From Chlamydiales bacterium (GTDB lineage: Bacteria > Chlamydiota > Chlamydiia > Chlamydiales > JACRBE01): a stretch of DNA of 64,000 nt. The notes under the pieces are model-generated. The model worked only from the letters and a program-made list of their open reading frames with translations. It was not told the DNA's origin and did no database searches. Where the stretch lies: assembly GCA_016213235.1 (NCBI GenBank), contig JACRBE010000040.1, positions 811 to 64,810 of the forward strand. Reading direction: 5' to 3'. Every line of letters begins with the position of its first letter. Position 1 is the stretch's first letter. Shown here in pieces: positions 56,418 through 64,000 of this stretch. A program made the position numbers and the translations under genes.

Positions 56418-57485
56418 ATGACGATCTTGTTGATGAAAAATAAACTGGTTGTTTTTCTTCTTTTTATTTTAAAACCACTCTTGCCAAAACCGCAAAGATC
56501 ATGTCGCTGCCTTGTAATTTCTACTACGGGACTTGGTGATAGCATATGGGCAAGCGGTGTTTTACAAGCAATAAAAGAAAAAAATTCTCATCTACAAATC
56601 GATTTATTGACATCTCCTATCGGATATCAAATTTTTCAACACACCAAGCTGCTACATCGTGTTTATACACTAAAAAATCGGCGATTTTTTAGCTTTATTC
56701 CCCTCTTTTTTGCTCTTATCAAGAATCATTATGAATCTATACTTGTTTTTCATGCTTCTCAACGCGCAACATTCATACTAGCAAAATTACTGCGACCCAT
56801 GCATTTAATTGGGACAAAAGGATTAAACAAAGGGCTTGATTACTTATTTACCGATCTAGCGCATTTTTATCATGTTCATGAAATAGAAAGACGCTATTTA
56901 ATAGCAGAAAAATTAGTAGGGCCTCTCATAAGAAAGCCACTTGTTCTCTCTTCTCATCCTTTATTAAAAAAAACGATAGAAGAAAAACTAAAACAGTTCT
57001 TTGCTATCGAGAGATTGAATTACATTATTATTCAGCCAAGTGCAAAAGATAGATTCAAATACTGGCCACTCGAGTTCTTCCAACAACTTATTTGCAAGTT
57101 AAGGGAGACCTATTCTCTTCCGATTCTAATTAATGGGAGCCCTGATGAACTATCTTATACAAAACAGCTGGAAACAACTGGTGTTTATTCTATTGCAGGA
57201 TTATTTTCCTTAAGGGAAATCATGCAGCTCATAAAAAAAGCAAAGCTAATGATTACCAATGATACCGGACCTATGCATATAGCATTTGCCTATGAAACTC
57301 CTACGGTGGCTCTCTTTTGTCCGACCAATCCTTTGATATGTGGCCCCTATCTTTCTAAGAATTACAAAATCATTTATAAACAACCTACATGCTTGCCATG
57401 TATAACAAAAAAATGCAAAGACCCCTTTTGTATGAGACAAATTCAACCAGATGAGATCTTGCAGGCTGCTAAAGGATTGCTGTGA
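56418..57485 (+). CDS. Glycosyltransferase family 9 (LPS heptosyltransferase-like)
   Basis: GLGDSIW near the N-terminus and C-terminal NDTGPMHIA. The ORF track starts at a TTG at 56400. Confidence 0.75.
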   Translation: MTILLMKNKLVVFLLFILKPLLPKPQRSCRCLVISTTGLGDSIWASGVLQAIKEKNSHLQIDLLTSPIGYQIFQHTKLLHRVYTLKNRRFFSFIPLFFALIKNHYESILVFHASQRATFILAKLLRPMHLIGTKGLNKGLDYLFTDLAHFYHVHEIERRYLIAEKLVGPLIRKPLVLSSHPLLKKTIEEKLKQFFAIERLNYIIIQPSAKDRFKYWPLEFFQQLICKLRETYSLPILINGSPDELSYTKQLETTGVYSIAGLFSLREIMQLIKKAKLMITNDTGPMHIAFAYETPTVALFCPTNPLICGPYLSKNYKIIYKQPTCLPCITKKCKDPFCMRQIQPDEILQAAKGLL

Positions 57486-58432
57486 AAGTTTGTACTATTA
57501 TTGTTAATTGGAATAACAAAAAAGATACTATCGAATGCTTGCACTCGCTTGCAAAGGTTACCTATCCCAATCACACAGCCATTGTAGTAGATAACGGATC
57601 GACAGACGATTCCTTTGCAACACTCTCTTCCCTATTTCCACAATATATCCATCTTGCCACTAATCAAAATCTGGGATTTGCCGGAGGGAATAATGTTGGT
57701 ATAAAACACGCCATTACTCTCCATGCCGATGCTATCATTTTACTCAACAATGATACGGTCGTTCACCCCGAGTTTATTGAAGGCTTTATCACCCATCATT
57801 ATGCAAATACAAATGCAATTTTAGGAGGTAAAATCTATCAATACCAACATAAGGAGCTACTAGACCATTTAGGAGGAAATTGGGATATAACTAGTCTAAA
57901 TTATAGTTTATTTGCAAAAAATGCTAATGGGAATTTAGCCGTTTTTGACCATCCCACCATATTAGATTATGTTGTAGGATGCTGCATGTTTATCCCTACC
58001 TTTGTTGTTCAAACTATAGGACTATTAGATGAACAATTTTTTCTCTTATGGGAAGAGGCAGATTTCTGCATGCGTGCAAAAAAAGCCGGGGTTCAAAGTA
58101 TTTATTGTCCGGGTGCCGTTATTTGGCATAAAGGATCCCAATCTTTTACCGGTGGATCCGCTCATATGATGTATTACTGGTGGCGCAATCGCATTTTATG
58201 GATGAAAAAAAACCTTTCAAAACAAGAATTTATCTATTTTCTTATCATAAAAATCTTTCCTGCATGGCTTAAATTGCATAAAAGGATATTTTTTTTACGC
58301 ATAAGAAATCTAATATCTAACACAGAAAAAACCAAAAAAGAAATCAAACAATATACTGCCTGTATTCAAGGAGGATTGGATGCTTTTCGTGGTAGATATG
58401 GCATCGGTCCAAATTGGATCACAAAAAAATAA
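57482..58432 (+). CDS. Glycosyltransferase family 2
   Basis: IIVNWNN, VVDNGSTD, NLGFAGGNN and LLNNDT motifs. Confidence 0.85.
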   Translation: MKVCTIIVNWNNKKDTIECLHSLAKVTYPNHTAIVVDNGSTDDSFATLSSLFPQYIHLATNQNLGFAGGNNVGIKHAITLHADAIILLNNDTVVHPEFIEGFITHHYANTNAILGGKIYQYQHKELLDHLGGNWDITSLNYSLFAKNANGNLAVFDHPTILDYVVGCCMFIPTFVVQTIGLLDEQFFLLWEEADFCMRAKKAGVQSIYCPGAVIWHKGSQSFTGGSAHMMYYWWRNRILWMKKNLSKQEFIYFLIIKIFPAWLKLHKRIFFLRIRNLISNTEKTKKEIKQYTACIQGGLDAFRGRYGIGPNWITKK

Positions 58433-58523
58433 ATCAACTATTGATTAAAAAAAAGTTTTTTGAAACAAATAGACTTCTTATATAAAGAGAATAAGATCAT
58501 CGGATGATAGGTTGTTTGTAAGT

Positions 58524-59441
58524 ATGGAAAAACTAAAAAAAATCGTAGCTTTTGCAAGTTTTATTTTGATTGTGGCATTTTTTACAGGATGTGATAAAAA
58601 CCAGCAAGTTGTCTCTCAAGTGGATGAAAGAGATGCAAATATTATTATTGTGTTTTTATCCTCTAAGGGAATTCCTGCTACCAAGCAAATGGTGGCAAGT
58701 GGTGGAATGGCAGGAGAAAACACTGCTCCTAAGTTTAATATCTCTGTGACCGACTCCCAGGCAATTGATGCTATGGCGCTCCTTAATCAAAACGGCCTTC
58801 CTCGTAAACAAGGGACTAATTTACTTGATTTATTTGCCAAACAGGGCCTTATGTCTTCCGATAAAGAAGAAACCATTCGATATCAAGCTGGGCTAGAACA
58901 ACAAATTACGAATACTATCTTATTGATTGATGGAGTAATTGATGCAAAAGTACAACTCTCTTTCCCTCCTGAAGCAACGGGGCTGGTCGCTACTGCACCT
59001 ACGAGAACAACAGCCGCTGTATATGTAAAACATCAAGGCATCATTGATGATCCAAATATTCATCTGGAAAATAAAATCAAACGATTGGTGTCCGGTAGCG
59101 TAAACGGTCTTGATATCAATGATGTAACAGTAGTATCTGATCGTTCTAGATTTACAGACATTACTGTAAGTGATGATGGAGAAATAACAGGTCCAGGCAA
59201 AGAATATATTAGTATCTGGTCGATTGTAATGAGCAAACAATCAGCACTACGCTTCCGTTTTATTTTCTTTATTATCTCACTATTTACTATCTTTTTTGCA
59301 ATTAGTTTTGGATGGCTGATTTGGAAATTTTATCCATTACTCAAACGAAAAGGATTAAAAGAACTACTGAGTCCAATGCCTATCGTAGATGAGAAGAAAC
59401 CTGGGCAAAAAAACGAAGAAAACACACCTCCCGGTAGATAA
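58524..59441 (+). CDS. sctJ: Type III secretion inner-membrane ring lipoprotein SctJ (CdsJ/YscJ)
   Basis: Lipobox FFTGC, YscJ/HrcJ-type periplasmic domain and a C-terminal TM helix. The ATG at 58524 is preferred over the TTG at 58512. Confidence 0.85.
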   Translation: MEKLKKIVAFASFILIVAFFTGCDKNQQVVSQVDERDANIIIVFLSSKGIPATKQMVASGGMAGENTAPKFNISVTDSQAIDAMALLNQNGLPRKQGTNLLDLFAKQGLMSSDKEETIRYQAGLEQQITNTILLIDGVIDAKVQLSFPPEATGLVATAPTRTTAAVYVKHQGIIDDPNIHLENKIKRLVSGSVNGLDINDVTVVSDRSRFTDITVSDDGEITGPGKEYISIWSIVMSKQSALRFRFIFFIISLFTIFFAISFGWLIWKFYPLLKRKGLKELLSPMPIVDEKKPGQKNEENTPPGR

Positions 59442-60319
59442 TGGGTAATGAATATAAAGCAGCAATTATCAGAAGCCTGATTACCTATCATGTTTCTGAA
59501 TATCAAGAAGAATTGCTCCACTATTTTTCTGATAGTTTGCAAAAACAAGTTATTGCAGCAGAACCTTTATCACAAAGTCCAATTAGCTCCCACTTGTCAT
59601 TATCTGATTTTTTATCAAATATAGACATCAGCTGGTTAAAACCTTTCTTTGAAAATAAAACAAAAACAGATCAAGGTATTTATCTTAGTGCACTACCTGA
59701 AAATCTCAGTAGCGCACTTGCAATAGAGTTTCAAGTCTCTCCATCCCATTCTATGAAAAAGCAGCTAGCTTCGTTTTTTCTATTAAATGTTTATGACTTT
59801 CTTATGGATAACAATACTCCCTTTCCCATTGATGCTCTTCCTGCCTCTCCTTTAAATGCTCTTGTTCATTTTAATATATTGCAAATGAAACAATATGTAC
59901 GAGTATTAAGCTTGTTTGATGTAGCTGCAGAATTAAAACACATCATTCACTCCTCGTTATTAAAAGAAATTGAAAAAGAATTTTCTGATGCAGAGAAAAA
60001 TTTGATACGCCAATTTTCTAAAAGAACAGACTTACTTAAATTCCCACCACTTAAACTACAAAACTGGACAGGTAATATAGAGGAATTTACTAACGTATTA
60101 TTCCAACGAGGCTTAAATCGTCTAGCAAAAGGATTATACGGATCTTCTTCTAGTCTTATTTGGTATATTAAACACAAACTCCCTCAAAACCATGCAAAAA
60201 CAATTGATGTTTTTTTAACAGAAATAAAAGATAAAAAAATTCACGATATCTTATTAAAACAACTAAATGAGTGCATTGATATCATACAAAGTCTACCTAC
60301 AGGAGACATCCACGAATGA
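59441..60319 (+). CDS. Hypothetical protein in the SctK position of the chlamydial T3SS operon
   Basis: The call rests on position between sctJ and sctL and on overlapping start/stop codons. No motif recognised. Confidence 0.5.
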   Translation: MGNEYKAAIIRSLITYHVSEYQEELLHYFSDSLQKQVIAAEPLSQSPISSHLSLSDFLSNIDISWLKPFFENKTKTDQGIYLSALPENLSSALAIEFQVSPSHSMKKQLASFFLLNVYDFLMDNNTPFPIDALPASPLNALVHFNILQMKQYVRVLSLFDVAAELKHIIHSSLLKEIEKEFSDAEKNLIRQFSKRTDLLKFPPLKLQNWTGNIEEFTNVLFQRGLNRLAKGLYGSSSSLIWYIKHKLPQNHAKTIDVFLTEIKDKKIHDILLKQLNECIDIIQSLPTGDIHE

Positions 60320-60942
60320 AATTGTTTTCCTTAATTAAATCCGGGACTATTCATTTTAGCAAGAAAACCAAAATTATCCCGCAAAAAGAATATAGCACTC
60401 TTCTAAAAGCTCAAGATATTGTAAAACAGGCTGAGGAAGATGCACTGCAATTGTTAAACGAAACAAAAGAAGAGTGTGATCTACTTAGGAAAAAAGCAAA
60501 AGAAACAGGGCTGCAAAATGGTCTTGACCAATTTAACCAACAATTGCTTTTTATGAGTCAACAGATCAAACAGTTACGTCTTGAACTGCAACAGCAAGTT
60601 CTCCCTTTAGCATTAAAAACAGCGAAAAAAATCGTTGGAGAAGAATTGTCCATTAATCCTGAAACAATTGTAAATATTGTACAACAAGTCATTCGTCCTA
60701 TTACGCAATGTCACAATGTCAAGATTTTCGTACATAAAGGCGATATGGGACTACTCGAAAATAAAAAAAATGATCTCAAAAACCTTTTTGAACGTTTGGA
60801 AACTTTTTCTATTGAAGAACGCTCCGATATTGATGCGGGTAGTTGCATTATAGAAACAGAAGTTGGTATCATCAATGCCACATTAGATAATCAATGGCGT
60901 GCACTCGAAGCGGCTTTTGAAAGCTTTGCAAAGAAAAAGTAG
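60316..60942 (+). CDS. sctL: Type III secretion stator protein SctL (CdsL/YscL, FliH-like)
   Basis: 208 aa with a coiled-coil N-half, a FliH/YscL-like C-half, and the expected operon position. Confidence 0.75.
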   Translation: MKLFSLIKSGTIHFSKKTKIIPQKEYSTLLKAQDIVKQAEEDALQLLNETKEECDLLRKKAKETGLQNGLDQFNQQLLFMSQQIKQLRLELQQQVLPLALKTAKKIVGEELSINPETIVNIVQQVIRPITQCHNVKIFVHKGDMGLLENKKNDLKNLFERLETFSIEERSDIDAGSCIIETEVGIINATLDNQWRALEAAFESFAKKK

Positions 60943-60951
60943 AGAGTAAAT

Positions 60952-61734
60952 ATGTTAATAAATCGTCGCTTAAGCTTCCTTTCCTGTTTAATTTTTTTAG
61001 TGCTCGCTTGTTCTAACTTATTTGCGGAGTCTGCTACAGGAGGCATCCCAAGCCCTGATAACCTCAATCAGCCAAGCATCATTACAAAAATGACTGTACT
61101 CGCAGGGCTCGCTGTTCTTCCCTTTGCTATTATGCTACTTACCTCCTTTTTAAAGTTTGTCGTTGTATTATCTTTACTTAGAAACGCAATCGGGGTACAA
61201 CAAACACCTCCAAACCAAGCGCTTAACGGTATTGCACTTATTATGACTATCTATGTCATGTTCCCCACAGGACTTATGATGTATCAAGAAGGAAAAACTG
61301 CAATTGATAGTCAACCTCCTCAGGCTCTATTTTCCGATGATGCTGCTTTTTATATGCTGAATGTCATTAATGCAACAAAAGAACCTTTGAGAGAGTTCCT
61401 GATAAAAAACACCTCCGCTAAACATGTTAAATATTTTTATCAGTTAGCATATAATAAATTTCCCGACCCATTCAAAACTAATTTACAACCAACTGATTAC
61501 CTCGTTGTTGTCCCTGCTTTTATCCTTTCACAAATTAAAAGTGCTTTTGAAGTCGGTGTATTAATTTATCTACCTTTTTTTATCATTGACCTTGTAACTT
61601 CTAATATTTTGCTAGCAATGGGGATGATGATGCTTTCTCCACTTACTATAGCTCTTCCATTAAAGTTGCTATTACTTGTCATGGTAGATGGATGGACTCT
61701 TATCGTTCAGGGATTGACTTTATCATTTAGGTAA
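60952..61734 (+). CDS. sctR: Type III secretion export apparatus protein SctR (FliP family)
   Basis: LLTSFLKFVVVLSLLRNAIGVQQTPPNQ is the FliP/YscR signature region. Confidence 0.9.
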   Translation: MLINRRLSFLSCLIFLVLACSNLFAESATGGIPSPDNLNQPSIITKMTVLAGLAVLPFAIMLLTSFLKFVVVLSLLRNAIGVQQTPPNQALNGIALIMTIYVMFPTGLMMYQEGKTAIDSQPPQALFSDDAAFYMLNVINATKEPLREFLIKNTSAKHVKYFYQLAYNKFPDPFKTNLQPTDYLVVVPAFILSQIKSAFEVGVLIYLPFFIIDLVTSNILLAMGMMMLSPLTIALPLKLLLLVMVDGWTLIVQGLTLSFR

Positions 61735-61739
61735 TAATT

Positions 61740-62006
61740 ATGTTCGATGCAGAAATTTATCAGTTATCCTATCAAGCTCTTTTCCTTATTTTGATTTTAT
61801 CAGGCCCTCCCATCATTATTAGTATGATATTTGGGTTAGTAGTTGCCATCTTTCAGGCTGCTACACAAATTCAAGAGCAAACACTCTCCTTCACCGTAAA
61901 ATTAGTTGCTGTTATTTTTACAATTTTACTTATGGGCGGATTTCTATCTGCAGAAATTATGTCTTATACACTGAATATTTTTGAAAACTTTTATAAGTGG
62001 CGCTAG
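61740..62006 (+). CDS. sctS: Type III secretion export apparatus protein SctS (FliQ family)
   Basis: 88-aa two-TM protein with AATQIQEQTL. Confidence 0.9.
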   Translation: MFDAEIYQLSYQALFLILILSGPPIIISMIFGLVVAIFQAATQIQEQTLSFTVKLVAVIFTILLMGGFLSAEIMSYTLNIFENFYKWR

Positions 62007-62009
62007 ATC

Positions 62010-62852
62010 ATGGCTCCCGATTTTATCCAATTATTACTTGAAATGAAGGGAATGACCCCAAATTCCTTGCTCGCTTTTTACCTTCTTATCTTTTTTCGTT
62101 TAGCGCCTATTGCAGCCTTTACTCCTTTTTTTGGAGCAAAAATTATTCCAACTATTTCACGTGCAGGACTTGCATTTTTTTTGAGTATTGTATTCCTCCC
62201 TACAGCTATTGCTTCTTCTACCACCATGCTCGATCTTAATTTTGCTTTTTGCGCATACTCACTAAAAGAGCTATTAATTGGAACAGCTTTAGCGTTTTTC
62301 AGCCATATTCCTTTTTTTGTTGTTGAATCAGCAGGATCGATTATTGACTACCAACGAGGAGCATCTCAAATGATGTCCCAAGATCCTACCTTAAAAGTGC
62401 AAGCCTCTTCGATTGGTATTATGTACAACTACTTGCTAATTGTTATTTTCTTTGCCATGGATGGCCCTCTTTACTTTTTGGATGCTATTTCTTTATCGTT
62501 TGATGTTCTACCCGTTGATGGTATTGTCCCCTCTATCTTCTTTCGCTATCAAAACCCATTTTGGCAAGCATCTCTTGAAACAATGCACTATCTATTTAAA
62601 ATGTCTATTCAAATGGCAGCTCCGGCCATCGTTGCCGTATTAATGGCCGAAACATTTTTAGGTATTGCCAACCGTTTGGCACCTCAAGTGCAAATTGCAT
62701 TCTTGGGAATGCCTCTAAAATCCCTTCTGGCTATCATTGTCATCTGGATCGGATGGACTGTTATTTTAAAAGCATTTGGAGAACAAGCTCTATCTTACGT
62801 TGAACAACTCACTATTATAATTAAACAATTCCCCATGTATGGTAAAAGTTAA
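62010..62852 (+). CDS. sctT: Type III secretion export apparatus protein SctT (FliR family)
   Basis: 280 aa, 6-7 TM helices, in the position after sctS. Confidence 0.85.
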   Translation: MAPDFIQLLLEMKGMTPNSLLAFYLLIFFRLAPIAAFTPFFGAKIIPTISRAGLAFFLSIVFLPTAIASSTTMLDLNFAFCAYSLKELLIGTALAFFSHIPFFVVESAGSIIDYQRGASQMMSQDPTLKVQASSIGIMYNYLLIVIFFAMDGPLYFLDAISLSFDVLPVDGIVPSIFFRYQNPFWQASLETMHYLFKMSIQMAAPAIVAVLMAETFLGIANRLAPQVQIAFLGMPLKSLLAIIVIWIGWTVILKAFGEQALSYVEQLTIIIKQFPMYGKS

Positions 62853-62909
62853 ATTGACAGTATAAGGGCGTCTTTCCTATTGTAACTTAAATAAAACCCC
62901 CTTTTTATT

Positions 62910-63899
62910 ATGAAGAAAATTAGTTGTGCATTTTTCTGTTGTGTCTCTTGTATAGTATTCGGAAATGAAATCCTACCAGCCAAAGAACTTCCCTTAGAAG
63001 ATGCTTATGGTATAGGTGTTGATACGGCTTTTATTTACTGGATTGCAAAAGAAGAGGGATTAAGCTACGCCACAAGTGGTTTTGCACTACCACCTGGAAC
63101 ATCTTCAATACCTCCAGGGACAACAAATACTCCCTCCTTTAAATTTGGCACTGGATTTAAAGCAGGTCTTGATTTTTTCTTTGCACATGATAATTGGATC
63201 GTTTCTACAACTTACACCTGGCTTAAAAATGGTTATAATCAAAAAACAAATCATGTAACAGACTCTTTATATTATGCAAATTTCGTATTCGACCTTAATG
63301 ACATACCGCACATAGTTGATGTCGCATCAGCAAAATGGAAAATTCAACATAACAATTTAACACTGGACCTCGGTAGAGAAACCATGCTGAGCCGCTATTT
63401 CAGTAACTATTCATTTATTGGACTAAATGGCGCATGGAATACCCAACACTATATTGTTAAGTATATTGATTTTCTTGGTAACTTTACTTCTGAAACGCTT
63501 ATTTCAATGGCTCAACACTTTTCCGGAATCGGGCTTAGAGCTGGTTCTAACTTGAATTTTTTCATGTCACCACATTGGATATTATTCGCCTCCTTTTCAT
63601 TTTCAGAATTATGGAGTGACTTTGATGTCACTCAAAAATATCGCACTCCTACACAGCCAAATGATCCGTGGATTGCATCTTTAAAAAATGCCATTTCTGC
63701 ACTCAAACCTGTGTTTACGTGGGATATGGGGTTAAAATGGGAAGCTCCTGCAAAAGATGACCTTTATGCATTTTTAATGCAAATAGGTTGGGAACAACAA
63801 ATATGGTTTAGTCAAAACCAATTCAGAAACGTGTGGAATAGCGTTTCCGGTGATCTTACTTTTCAAGGATTAACCGTTAAATTCGAACTGTTATTTTAA
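62910..63899 (+). CDS. MOMP-like outer-membrane beta-barrel protein (chlamydial/Legionella MOMP family)
   Basis: Cys-rich signal peptide, an FIYWIAKEEGLSYA-type N-terminal motif, alternating beta pattern and a terminal Phe (..VKFELLF). Confidence 0.6.
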   Translation: MKKISCAFFCCVSCIVFGNEILPAKELPLEDAYGIGVDTAFIYWIAKEEGLSYATSGFALPPGTSSIPPGTTNTPSFKFGTGFKAGLDFFFAHDNWIVSTTYTWLKNGYNQKTNHVTDSLYYANFVFDLNDIPHIVDVASAKWKIQHNNLTLDLGRETMLSRYFSNYSFIGLNGAWNTQHYIVKYIDFLGNFTSETLISMAQHFSGIGLRAGSNLNFFMSPHWILFASFSFSELWSDFDVTQKYRTPTQPNDPWIASLKNAISALKPVFTWDMGLKWEAPAKDDLYAFLMQIGWEQQIWFSQNQFRNVWNSVSGDLTFQGLTVKFELLF

Positions 63900-64000
63900 T
63901 TTTTCCAATATTCGAGTAGTGAAAAAATATCGCTTCAGATGCGATCTTAGGGCCTATTTTTATTTTCCAAAAAATAAAAATAAAAAATATTCACAAAATA

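Overview
AT-rich chromosomal segment that looks like a non-Chlamydiaceae ('environmental') member of the Chlamydiota. The evidence is a type III secretion block in the chlamydial order sctJ-K-L-R-S-T, a chromosomal ParA plus pGP6-D-like pair, a MOMP-like porin, and housekeeping blocks whose order matches what I recall for chlamydial genomes: tsp/rpsL-rpsG-fusA-rpsJ without tuf, metal ABC importer + rplU-rpmA-obg, nrdR-dksA-lspA, nifU-nifS-gpmA, birA/rodA and DUF47-pit. That recall is unverified. TCA and LPS genes absent from Chlamydiaceae (icd, gmhA, a GT9 heptosyltransferase, an OprB porin) point to an amoeba- or arthropod-associated lineage. Two tRNAs are present (Ser-GGA, Phe-GAA). I saw no rRNA and no CRISPR array. 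Several accessory patches interrupt the core. (1) 8.4-13.4 kb is the relic of a tandem segmental duplication; it carries an unusual eukaryotic-like kinase, IS remnants and an ATPase gene. (2) 18.9-21.8 kb holds two tandem lineage-specific paralogs with a hydrophobic N-terminal hairpin. (3) 26.2-28.8 kb is a degraded islet next to the 3' end of tRNA-Phe. (4) 35.9-38.7 kb holds two further AAA+/wHTH/PD-(D/E)xK-like ATPase genes. (5) 52.6-54.1 kb is a nested mobile-element graveyard: a group II intron 3' end, a complete IS5-family IS, and an IS200 TnpA fragment. The most unusual pattern is that all three orphan ATPase-nuclease-like genes are each preceded by their own private array of tandem palindromes. 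All calls come from reading the sequence and ORF translations by eye. No searches were run.
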